In this document: positions 11,671 through 23,114 of the stretch, one piece after another
How positions within the stretch are numbered: position 1 is the first letter of the stretch
Layout of the letters: the number at the start of each line of letters is the position of its first letter
Source: Oopsacas minuta
Lineage: Eukaryota > Animalia > Porifera
Length of the DNA stretch: 64,000 nt
NCBI GenBank assembly: GCA_024704765.1
Contig: JAKMXF010000300.1
Coordinates: forward strand, 62,001-126,000
Direction of reading: 5' to 3'
Notes under the pieces: generated by a model
Database searches by the model: none
The model's input: the letters and a program-made list of their open reading frames with translations, nothing else
Told to the model about the DNA's origin: nothing
Made by a program: the position numbers and the translations under genes

Positions 11671-12156
11671 AACACTAAATTTCCTTGTAAACATATTTGT
11701 TATATTGAAATTTTTAATATACAATTCGAAAGTGATGAAGCTCAAATTGAAACAGATAATGCCTAGAGGATACACAATTTTTTAAACGAAATATCAACAA
11801 ATATCCTAGTCTGCGAAAAACCTGTTTCAAGAAAATGCGAATTTCGTTATGATTATTGTCAGCATATATTTCCAACTACAAACATTATTTGTGTTGAAAT
11901 ATACCACGATGTTGTTTGTATTGATAAATTAAGGATTCAAAGTTTTGAAGAGATGACTTTTTCTGTTAATAACAGTTCATAAGTATTATTGAATCAATCA
12001 AATACTGAGACAATTGTGGTTAGAATTGAAGCAATCAATTCTATGAATGATACAAACATTAAAAGAATTATTATAATCGGCACTCTAACTTCCACTTTGA
12101 AATATGTTAATGTAATCTTAAGAAAAGTAATTAAGTCTAGCGAGATTTTGAAATGA
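11671..12156 (+). pseudogene. Decayed ORF of unknown family (162 codons, two internal stops)
   Basis: Frame reads IEIFNIQFESDEAQIETDNA*RIHNFLNEISTNILVCEKP...SFEEMTFSVNNSS*VLLNQSNTETIVVRIEAINSMND...SSEILK*. The only internal stops are TAG 11764 and TAA 11980, far fewer than expected in ~30% GC DNA. Confidence 0.5.
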
Positions 12157-14001
12157 TTTCAATTCTATTAACAACCTCTCTCTCTCTTCAATTAATATAG
12201 TCAAATTGAATAAAGGGCTATGATAGTGACTTAAAGCTTTTAAATTACAGAGTTTATTATAGTACTATAGTGGGTTAGTGGACTAATGGGAAAGGATAGC
12301 AGGATCAGGACATCTGTAGTTTAATGGTTCTGATAATATTGTGGACATTTAAGAATGCGTATTTTAATTATTCAATGTCGTGCACATAAGATTCATGAAT
12401 AATATATGATTATACGATTACAAAATTGGACCACAAATGTTCTATAATATATTTTCTAAAGTGCTTTTCTGGAGTTCAGTTCTTAGTAACTTAAATTCTT
12501 ATTCGAAAATACTCATTGAAATAATCCTAGAAATATCCTTCAATTATCTGTATAACTCACCTCCATAAAGTGTCTTGCCCAGCCTACACCAGTACTTTGT
12601 ATATTATTTACCCTCTAACGATCTACAGAAGATCTAGTATTTCGTGACTGAGTTCAGTACCATTTCGTTATGAAATTAGTAACAAAATATTCTCCTATAC
12701 AGATAAGCACAATCCAATGACTGTACGTACATAGTTCGTCATTACTATTTCAGGTTCTCGCTACTGATGAATAGAACACAGACTCCTATAAAGAATCTAG
12801 ATGGAATACGATATATGCGAATTATACATTTGCTTGGTATTTATCAGCTGATAAATTCAATTAGTAGTAAGAATGAATATCTGTACAATAACAGGGCAAC
12901 CTATACCGTTATCGTAATCCAGTTTCACTTCTTTAAATGAGCTAAAAACTGTCAATAATTAATATTACAGTATATTCAACAAGCATACAATTTGGCTAAT
13001 CTCATTACCTTGTGAACTTATTTATTTATTTATTTCTCCAACGTCAATTGCTGGTTACAAAATTTCCAGCTTTCCATACATGTATTCATTTACTGTACAT
13101 ATTTCTGCCCGATTAGATACGAAATATTATTCACTGAATATATTCATTAGAAACGTTAATTTTAATGAAATTCCTGATTGCGTCACATAATAAATATGGG
13201 AAATAAAGTAATTAATAGACTCTCTCCATTAATTGAATTGTTTCAAACCACATTAGTGTAAGTATGTGATTTATTAATCAGGTGATTCTGGAATAATTCA
13301 AACTGATGGAATAATTATGTGGGTTAATTAGTTACTTAGAATGTACTTATTTATCAATTTTCTGTTTAGGAGAGAAATGACTGTCGGAATGCCTCAACAT
13401 TGCCCTGGCCCCACCCTAATGGAAATACTAGAATTTTCTTCAGTAGAAAATAGAAATAAATAGTTTTGGATTGATTCATAGGAAGAATACAATTCGATTG
13501 AGAGAAGGCAGATATGTCTGAATTCATCCGGATTTCCGCTTTTTTATGAAAACTGTCATAGGTGTTACAATTTAAGCTTAGTGAAAATTTGCTAAAAATA
13601 TAATTACACCTTAGAAAAACCGTACTTCGCAAAATGGTGTATGATTTTTTGTGACTTTGAGCACTTGAGTACGATTTTTTACCTAACACAACATGACACA
13701 TTTTTTGCCATTTGTGCCACTTCCAATATTATATCCATTAGATTCACATTTCACAACAATAACGGTTCAAGAATTGTTTAACCTCGACATTTTTCACTGC
13801 TTGCAATGTTGTTTCATTCAGAATTATTTGCATTGATATCTTGCAATTACATCCTAGTTTAAAGGAGATTATTTTAAATTTTCCTTCAAATCCTAATTTC
13901 CTCTTACTTAGCCATTATGTGTAATTTGACGCTATCTAAGAGTAAGAAATACATGAACTTCAAATTCCAGTTGTATCATAGAGGTTGTAATAGAGTCTAG
14001 T

Positions 14002-14012
14002 AGTATAAATAG
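14002..14012 (+). promoter_or_regulatory. TATA-like AGTATAAATAG upstream of ankyrin copy A
   Basis: An identical 11-mer lies at 20961-20971 upstream of copy B, at a similar distance from the ATG (74 vs 69 nt), in otherwise diverged flanks. Confidence 0.5.
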
Positions 14013-14077
14013 AGAGCTATGTTGCAGAAGTGATATATACATTTAACTTTGCATCACTGAAAATACTGTCTATCAAA

Positions 14078-14818
14078 ATGTCTGTTATATTCGACAATAC
14101 CGAAATTCTTATTGACACAATCAAGGATAATTGCATTGAAGATTTGAAAACTGCGATTTCAGCACTGAAGAGAAATGACGTCAACAAGTTGTCACCTCAC
14201 GGAATGGCGCCAATTCACCAAGCATGTTTAGATGGAAAACTGGAGATGTTAGAATGTCTCCTACAACATAATGCAGACCCTTCTCTACAAGATATAGAGG
14301 GATGGACACCCCTACACATAGCAGCTGCTACTCATAACTATGAACTGACTGTGAGATTACTATCAGAAGGAGCTGATCCCTGTATTTACAACAATGATGA
14401 AGAAACAGCTAGTGATATAGCTGAGGAAGAAGATATACTGTCTCTTCTCAATACAGCAACAATAGCATTAACTGCTAGTACAGATGGAGAGGAAGATAAC
14501 AATCAGGAAGAGACAGATCTACTGGAAGCTCTTAAGAAAGCACACAAACACAACAATGTTAACAAATGGGAACAAAGTTTAAACATAAGTGAGGAAGGTA
14601 GCATTTTACATCTAGCTGCAGCATACGGTTACACCAGTCTTGTAGAGTACATCTGTGAAGAGAACGTGATAAATATGAATACACGAGACAGTGAAGGATG
14701 GACTCCTCTCCATGTAGCTAGTTACTGGCGACAAACTGATATCGTAGTCACCTTGTTGTCACATGGAGCTGATGTTAACCTCACTACAAAACTTTACAGC
14801 AAATTCACAGATTTGTGA
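14078..14818 (+). CDS. Ankyrin-repeat protein, PP1 regulatory subunit (PPP1R12/16/27)-like, copy A
   Basis: SVIFD at the position of the MYPT KVKFD motif, followed by GMAPIHQAC, DIEGWTPLHIAA and DSEGWTPLHVASYW ankyrin pairs. The ATG at 14078 is preferred over the GTG at 14030. Confidence 0.8.
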   Translation: MSVIFDNTEILIDTIKDNCIEDLKTAISALKRNDVNKLSPHGMAPIHQACLDGKLEMLECLLQHNADPSLQDIEGWTPLHIAAATHNYELTVRLLSEGADPCIYNNDEETASDIAEEEDILSLLNTATIALTASTDGEEDNNQEETDLLEALKKAHKHNNVNKWEQSLNISEEGSILHLAAAYGYTSLVEYICEENVINMNTRDSEGWTPLHVASYWRQTDIVVTLLSHGADVNLTTKLYSKFTDL

Positions 14819-15327
14819 AACAAACAAACTTTCAGTCAAATATGGTTTTAATTAATTTGTCTTCAAATATTTGTCAGCTGTTTTATTATTTTCAACATTT
14901 GAAATCGATTTTATGTATTAAACTCGAATAATAACTGACTGTTCCAATTGAATTTTAACTCAAGTTATTGGGAATATTTTAATGGTAATATCTAACACGA
15001 GGGCAACTACGTTTATGACGTGGATTCTAGTGGGATATCAGTTATCTGATATTTCATATTATTATGCTGTTATGCTGTAAATGGATAAATTGGGAAATGG
15101 TAATATTTCAAATTAGCTAGAAATACGTATCATAATAGATTAATACGCACTGATAGAGTTAGTTTCAATTATATATAACTAGCTAATAAGACCTGAAATA
15201 TTTATTAACACAGTTATCACATTTTTGTATGATTCCAAAATTGGCGTGGAGAATGCCAAATTTGCACCCGTCTGAATATTTCGTACCAGTATTTTGCAGA
15301 ATAGGAAATTTAATATACAATTTCGGG

Positions 15328-15595
15328 AGTATGACATTGGTGAAATAGTGAGCTAAAATCCACATAACCACCAATTCTAACCAATATTCTTAACTAATCC
15401 TATCAAAACCCCATTCATATCGCTTTAAAATACCCAATTTTACAACAAGGAGGTAGTCGGATCAGCGGATCAGACATCCGGACAACATCCAGACACCCAG
15501 GAGCAATATTGACACTAATCCAATGTAAAAAGCTAGTGTTGTTTGTGTATAGATATATTTGTAAACAAATCTCTCTGTACACAAACGTCTCACTC
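15328..15595 (+). repeat. Dispersed repeat, copy 1 (homologous to 29623-29851)
   Basis: Shared blocks AGTATGACATT.GTGAAATAGT.AGCTAAAATC, CTTAACTAATCCTATCAAA, TTTACAACAAGGAG and CCAGGAGCAATATTGACACTAATC.AATGTAAAAAGCTAGTGT. Confidence 0.85.
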
Positions 15596-15866
15596 AATAC
15601 AATTTCATACGTATTTAATCCATAAGGTTATGCTTCCGAGTTTGTTTGCCCACTGTTATGAATCCAGTAAATATTATCATTGATTACGACATAGAATAAT
15701 TGGACGTTCGGCCTTTGTTCACAATTAAACAGATGAGGATACCATCGTATACAATCTCCTATAGAAATATATGCTCGTTTAAAGAAATGACTTTCATCTT
15801 ACAGTTTCTTTAGACAGACTAGAATAATCACTGTTTACAGTCTTAGATTATTATTATTAGCTATAG

Positions 15867-15919
15867 GAATAGTTCCAACCTGACTTTTCAAAAACGGAAA
15901 AGTCAGGTTGTAACTATTC
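15867..15919. repeat. Inverted repeat / hairpin, 23-bp stem (1 mismatch), 7-nt loop
   Basis: GAATAGTTCCAACCTGACTTTTC-aaaaacg-GAAAAGTCAGGTTGTAACTATTC. Confidence 0.85.
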
Positions 15920-16865
15920 TTATGCTAATTACCCTGGATGAAAACACATTATCCAAGGAATAGCTGCTATGTAGTGATAACACAGATTTTTCCATAATTT
16001 ACCTCTTATTATGGGCATAGTTTTAACCAGTTAGTGGAAATTTAGCTATTATTTGACCACATGCGATCTTTTTCACACAAATTCCTAATCTAGACAAAAG
16101 TATTAATCCACAATATGAGATAATTAATTATTGAAATACTTCAATGATGGCAAATAGTATCAAGTTAATTATCACTTTTAAATCTTCAATTATTAAGAAA
16201 CTCAAATTAGAAATCTGACAAATGAATGTTCTCATAATATTTATCAAGAAGTGATAATCCTGAGAACTTGTCAGTTTTCATACTACTCATGATAGAAACA
16301 TAATCTTTCGATTAATTAAAATTCCAAATCTGCTAGAACTCGTGCTTCAGACTAGCTGACTTTCTCCCAGTACAAGTAGAGTAAACCAATTTGATTTATC
16401 ACTCAAGATCAAATGACAACCAAGTAAGCAGGTATTGAGGTGAAATATATTTGTCAAATATTAACTATGTGAATTACTTCATAATATAGCAATATATGGT
16501 AGTTGGTGAATGTGTTGAATTCAATGTTCTCAAGTTAGTTTCACCAATCATTCCATATTATAAACTTACTAATGAAACTTTTTGTACAATTACAAAAATA
16601 ATAATTAGATAGACACGTATACACGATTTAATGGTTCAATTACAGATTATTTGGGTGATCGAAGGAATCAATCTATTAACGAAAAATAAAACGGCTAATT
16701 ATCACACATATATATCCCAAATATAAACTGACTATCCGCGCTAACAGGCATATCACGTATCCAAGTAACAGCCAGCTGTCTGTAGTATCAGTGGAATACT
16801 AAAGCAATGACAGTTGCAAAATATTCTTGAATAATTTCTTGTAAACCTGTTGTTTAAATAATTAA

Positions 16866-16916
16866 TAAGCCCACACAATGCAAATTTGTTGCATATATTA
16901 TCGTTGCATCGTGTAT
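16866..16916. mobile_element. Collapsed remnant of the AAGCCCACCATACAC MITE family
   Basis: taagcccacacaatgcaa ... gttgcatcgtgtat resembles both ends of the element at 4125-4222. Confidence 0.45.
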
Positions 16917-19873
16917 CGCATAATTCCTAAGGACATTAAAACTCTACGTAACGCTACCAAGGGAAGGGGCATAAACAAATTGTGACCGCTCCATTCTTTA
17001 ATTTTACCAAATAGTCGAAAGCAGCAATAAAAATGATGGGAATATGAGCGAACCCTAAAATATATTATTTGAATTATACTTACTCCAGCTGCAGACTACG
17101 GATTCTGATATCTCAAAATTTTCACAATTTATGACAATGATAATTTGTATCAACCACATTCTTTATCCTCAAGCAGGTTTAAGAAATACTATCCCTAAGC
17201 TCTGCAAACAAGATGTGTAACAATATCTTATCAGTTATTAGACATTTAGACGATAGAATTTTGATTGCAGACTCGTCAGATATCTAGACAATTTATATTG
17301 AACGAATCTACATATTAAACTGTTAGAGTGGGTTGGATAAATAGATTACTTTTTGGAGAAATTAGAGATTGGGAAAAACAGTGAGATAGTCTACGTGATA
17401 GTTGTTAGATACTATCATATTTCTAAATAAGAACTCTATTACATTAATAATAGCTTAAAATACTAACATATTTGGATAAGGAGTTCAGCCATTAAAGTGA
17501 GCACCCCAAAGTGATCGGCCAAATATACTAGTCTGTCCAGGATTAGCAGCAAAAAGATGTATTAATTATTGATGTATCTAGTATGTTTCTTTGACCATCT
17601 TTGTACTAATTCGATATACGTGTTCGATATAGACATACTATAGTGTTGACTGTAACCGTATGTATACTATTTTGTGCTTATTAAGTAAAATTGCAATTGA
17701 TTCTTATGGAATTAATATTTATTTAGCAAACTACCATGAAAGCATGTTTATATATTGAAGTAAACAAGGTTGACAATCATTTGGAGTGAAAAGCATTGTG
17801 ATCCATATATGATATTCTTTCCATTTATACGTCTTTCGATAAAGGAGTACGAATTTGGACGATTCACAATGTATAAACGAAGTGCGAAAATGACTGATTT
17901 CAGCAAATGTATACTTGTCCAAAACATGTATACTTTAACCCAAAAGTTAGACATGAAACGGATTGGATAACATTTCTACGATTACGTATGATAAAGTATA
18001 AGTAAACATTTTTGGTATATACTAATGCTAATATCTGTTACGTTATTTCCAAAACCAAACTTTTAACTCCTTATAAAGTCAGCTGTTGGCTTGAAACTAG
18101 ACACATTTTTAATGGAAATTATAATATTATGAGAGAAATATCTAATTTTGTATGACATCATAAAATTATATTGGAAAGAGATTTGAGACAGTACTTATCT
18201 TGCTATCATCATGGGATTGATGGAATTATTCAATTAGAAAAATATCCAGATCTATTCTGTAAGAATATCTATGAGAATTTCGATAATATTTCCATAGGTT
18301 TTCCCATGGATTTTCTATGGAATCCAAATTCCCACGAAATCACTGAAATTTGTATTTACTGCAACCCTGTAACCTAACGGACACGATTCACAATAAATGT
18401 TATTTAGGAATTTTGATAAGAGAACGTCTGAATTATGAAATATACTTTCAAAACTCAAATTGTCGTCTATCAGGTATTCTCACATTTCATAATATCTACA
18501 ATACATAATTGTGGAAAATCACATATTCTCTAAAATTCAATGTTATTGCAGATAGTTTCATCTCGACTACACTCTATCAAGATAAATCAGCTGATAATAT
18601 TCAAGTTAACGTCTGCGAATACGATAACATTGACAATTATTTATCCATATGAATTCCCTGTAAACATTCATAACGAGTGAAAAGTACAGCAATTAATAAA
18701 TTTGATACTAGTTACGCGAATTACTGAAATTAGTATTGTAGTCAGCAACTTTAAACATCTCATCTTCTCTGGCTCCTCCTGCCAATAGAGATAGCTGCAC
18801 TGTTTAAATTTGCTTAAGTCGATCATGTGAGTTAGATAGAATACTTATTATTAATTAAATAACAGCTAGCCCAATCTCTTTATAGTGGTAATTATTTTAT
18901 ATGATATTCTCTGTAATTTTTCAGAGCTATCTCTCTCTCTTGATGCTACTACTTCTCGCCATGTTATTAAATGTTGAAACTATATGATTTTGATCTTTTT
19001 GATAACTTCAAAGAAATTAATTGGTAAAACTTTGTAGATTTTATTGATTTAATTACAAGCTAACGGATTAGTAGCTGGTTAGATACTCATACAAATGAAT
19101 TAGCATATCTTCCCGAATATGAATTAGCTCTTTATACTAACGTATTAATGTATGGACAAATTTTGTATAATTTCTATTATAACTAGAATTATCACAATAT
19201 TTGGCCTTTCAAGTTATAATAATTAGAAAGGACAAATATTGCTTTGAAATCTAGGTAAGGTCAGTCTCTCGTCATTATTGCAACATTTTGTGTAACAAAA
19301 ATAAACTACTATAGGACAGATGGATAGTAAAATGATGTATAATAGCTGAACTTGTTGCACTAGCATGTTCTGGTATCAAATTCAACGAACATAGTTCCTT
19401 AATATCTTAATGAGATGTAGAAATAACATCCTTTCGAGTTATAAGTTAAATGTAATGTGGTGCTGAAACAAGCTTACATTACGAGTGGCTAAAGGGAGAA
19501 AGATGATTACATAATATTATATTCTCCACAAATACCGTGTTAAGTTCAAGCAGAGAGGAAACTCATTAATCTTTATCCTCCATGCTAAGACAGAGCATTC
19601 TATTGGTTTACAACATCAAAGATGTCTAACATTTGTGTGTACTCTTGTATTATGGTTGAGCAATCTACATGTATTATCGAATGTTAACATAATTAAGGTA
19701 TTTTGTAACTGGACATATAGGGCAAGATATATGATCATATTAAGTTTCCCGAAGTTTCTTAAATCCAGAAAGATTCCCATGGAGGAAAAGTGCTCATTTG
19801 TTTTCAAAATACAGTCAAGCACACTGAGTCGTAGTATAAAGAGTTTAAAAGCGCCTGTCGAAAATCTCGCTCT

Positions 19874-19973
19874 AATACTTGCTAACTGTCCCGATTTTGG
19901 CAGGGCTCGCCTTTTTGGACATGTGATAAGGCTAATGTCCCGAATTTTTTCTTCACTCAGGTTGGTAAGTATG
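19874..19973. mobile_element. ~100-bp hAT-like MITE (CATACTT.CCAAC-type termini)
   Basis: Left end aatacttgctaactgtcccgatttt. Right end caggttggtaagtatg (reverse complement catacttaccaacctg). TGTCCCGA is repeated internally. No TSD seen. Confidence 0.55.
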
Positions 19974-20079
19974 AATTCGCAGAATACATATAATCATGAT
20001 CCGTCCGACTATAGTGCACTACAGAAAAATGTCCAGCTGACATACTAGCAGTGCAGCTAAGTGTTGTGTATTTTTGTTC

Positions 20080-20189
20080 TTTTCAGGGGGCACGTCCCCC
20101 CGTGTAAATGCCGCAATGTACCGGACCCGACTGATTTCGGGCTCATGGATCCGATAAATATTTCAGGATATTCCATATCATTCGCCCCT
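20080..20189. mobile_element. GC-rich MITE fragment ending in TCGCCCCT (reverse complement resembles the CAGGGGCGGA terminus at 34948)
   Basis: Local GC rise, GGGGCACGTCCCCC core and terminal ttcgcccct. Confidence 0.35.
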
Positions 20190-20960
20190 AATGTACTTCT
20201 TGTTCTATCCTCTAATCCTATAGATAAAATCTCTATCATGATTTTGTACAATATGCAAAAAAGGTGTGAAAAATATGATTATTCATATGATAAATCTGTT
20301 AAATTGTAACTTTCAGACTCTGAAAATGTACAATTCGGACTCTACGCACCCAATTACGCCTGACAACATTTGAAACCTAATCTCTAGCTTACTTTTGTAT
20401 TTTACATAGAAAGGAGTGAAAATATGATTACTATCCAAAGGTTTGTGAAATATTCACTTTATAAATTTCATTATGATATTCTAATGAGCTGTAGTAAACA
20501 TTGTGGAAAGAGATACCCGTAAAATCAATGAAATGTCGTATTCTAATCTAGCCAACCAGGGTAATCTGATCACATGGTCAGACCAGAACTATACAATAGT
20601 GTAATTGACTCTACTTAATAGGATCAAAACAAGTGATATAGCAAAGCTTCAATAAAACTCCATTATTAAGAGGGACTGGACTAATAAAAATGAGAATATT
20701 TACTATCATTTGATGAATGACGTTATAAATGAAATAGACCTTAAGTTACTAGATATCTAGAAGAGTATATCATATTACTTGATATCGTCTTGACCTGCCC
20801 CTACATGGCAAGCTTAACCACATTTTCGGAATTATCAGATCTTAAAATATCCTAGCAAGGAAACTAGTACATCATAATACATATTATATACTTCTATATT
20901 ATACAACAGAGCAGAGGTGGAATACACAAAATTGAACTTGACCTGTTAAACTGAACGAGC

Positions 20961-20971
20961 AGTATAAATAG
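20961..20971 (+). promoter_or_regulatory. TATA-like AGTATAAATAG upstream of ankyrin copy B
   Basis: Identical to 14002-14012. Confidence 0.5.
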
Positions 20972-21031
20972 CTAAAGTTAGTAGAAATGATAAATTGACT
21001 GAATAAATCAAAATATACTTCAATTGCAGGA

Positions 21032-21772
21032 ATGTCTATCCAATTCAATACAACTGAAATTATTTTCGACACACTTAAGAATGAAAGCAGTGAACAACTG
21101 AGCAAAGTTCTGGATACATTACACAGGAATGACATCAACAAGTTATCACCCCACGGAATGGCACCAATTCACCAAGCATGTCTGGATGGAGAGCTGGAGA
21201 TGTTAGAATGTCTCCTACAACATAATGCAGACCCTTCTCTACAAGATATAGAGGGATGGACACCCCTACACATAGCAGCTGCTACTCATAACTATGAGCT
21301 GACTGTGAGATTACTATCAGAAGGAGCTGATCCCTGTATTTACAACAATGATGAAGAAACAGCTAGTGATATAGCTGAGGAAGAAGATATACTGTCTCTT
21401 CTCAATACAGCAACAATAGCATTAACTGCTAGTACAGATGGAGAGGAAGATAACAATCAGGAAGAGACAGATCTACTGGAAGCTCTTAAGAAAGCACACA
21501 AACACAACAATGTTAACAAATGGGAACAAAGTTTAAACATAAGTGAGGAAGGTAGCATTCTACATCTAGCTGCAGCATACGGTTACACCAGTCTTGTAGA
21601 GTACATCTGTGAAGAGAACGTGATAAATATGAATACACGAGACAGTGAAGGATGGACTCCTCTCCATGTAGCTAGTTACTGGCGACAAACTGATATCGTA
21701 GTCACCTTGTTGTCACATGGAGCTGATGTTAACCTCACTACAAAACTTTACAGCAAATTCACAGATTTGTAA
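21032..21772 (+). CDS. Ankyrin-repeat protein, PP1 regulatory subunit-like, copy B
   Basis: 246-aa ORF paralogous to 14078-14818. Residues from LEMLEC to the C-terminus are identical. Confidence 0.8.
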   Translation: MSIQFNTTEIIFDTLKNESSEQLSKVLDTLHRNDINKLSPHGMAPIHQACLDGELEMLECLLQHNADPSLQDIEGWTPLHIAAATHNYELTVRLLSEGADPCIYNNDEETASDIAEEEDILSLLNTATIALTASTDGEEDNNQEETDLLEALKKAHKHNNVNKWEQSLNISEEGSILHLAAAYGYTSLVEYICEENVINMNTRDSEGWTPLHVASYWRQTDIVVTLLSHGADVNLTTKLYSKFTDL

Positions 21773-22282
21773 TAATTTTGGGGTAACGAGGAAATTTAAT
21801 TGTATACGAACAACCTTGTAACACTTTGTATTTTATTAAGAATAACTTCAAAGATTAAATTCAAATATAACCTTGTTCAATAAAGTAATTGTCTGTGTAG
21901 GAACAATTACATTAATCACTACACATATTTAGTTATTTTACTAATTTAGGAGTTACGTACCTTCAATAGAAAATTATACTTACACCATAAGGTATACTCT
22001 TAATAACTTTAAACGATCCTTATGTGGAAGTTGCAGAGGGACCTCGAAATTTGATTTATTCTATCGTATGTGGAATTTGACTTATGGAAGCTATAAAATA
22101 AGATTAATATTTAAATATCTAAGGCCCTTTTCACATACTATTATTTTCCTATTTTTGTTTTTCTCTCGAGATAATACAAAGTTCATTATTGCAGGGTGTA
22201 GTACAGAAGGATTATTTGGGGCTAACAAATATATTGAGGAATACAAACTTTAAGTAACCTTATTCATAGGATTTAGGTAGGA

Positions 22283-22654
22283 GATCGTGACCCTTGCACC
22301 AAAAATGATTGCGATCACAATCACGATCATTTTTCCGATCACATTTCTGAAATTTATAAGCGCATATAGGGAGATGCTCTGTTACCTGGGGCAGTCCGTC
22401 CGTTCGGGCGGCCATGCGAAATCTACCAGTCCGATTGCCATGAAATTAGTACATACATTTTAAAATACATTTTGGGGTCTAGATTAGCACATTTTCAAAT
22501 TCTGTCTGCCAAAAAAGATCGAAAATATGATCGAAAATTTCTCGGGAAAAAATGATCGCGATCTTACACTCGATCACTGTGTATAAAATGATCAGCGATC
22601 ATCCTCCGATCGTCAAAAACAGATCCCGATCGTAATCATTAATTCCCATCACTG
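22283..22654. mobile_element. GATC-rich non-autonomous element with a hAT-like right end and an internal GTCCGTCCG/CCGATTGCCATGAAATT block
   Basis: 14 GATC sites in ~350 bp, in two clusters. Ends in AATTCCCATCACTG (reverse complement CAGTGATGGGAATT). No matching left terminus found. Confidence 0.55.
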
Positions 22655-23089
22655 CATCTTATATTACGTCATAATTAATATGAAATTATACTTTTAGTTA
22701 ATTATTTCTGATATCGTAAATGAAGTTATAATATGTTAATGATATTTCCTTAGAGTTTGTGTACTTTACTCGTTCTGTGTAATCTTGTTTCATGAGCACA
22801 CTGTTTCAACTAAAGATCTCAAGATTGACCTTACCCAGTAATCATGAGTTCTTATTGCTGAATGTAAGCAAAAGATTAATTCCATACAAAATCAACAACA
22901 ACACTCATTAGCTACTGAGCAGATCACTTTATATAATCAATATTAAAGATAAATAATCAACGATTAGGAACACAATTTCTCTGTTGGTCAAAACGGTTCA
23001 AGTACGCATATTGAGGGCAATTTTGTTGTATACCACATCATTGCACCGTGCATATTGCCTTGTCGCATGCAACAATATTGTAGGTAATA

Positions 23090-23114
23090 GTTGCATCGTG
23101 TATGGTGGGCTTAA
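23090..23114. mobile_element. Solo right end of the AAGCCCACCATACAC MITE family
   Basis: GTTGCATCGTGTATGGTGGGCTTAA, nearly identical to 4197-4222. Confidence 0.6.

Noticed and set aside
22068-22253. Short ORF containing RLIFKYLRPF, resembling the TRP S4 segment RLLKYLRPF
   Set aside because: No other TRP-like segments nearby in any frame I read; treated as chance.
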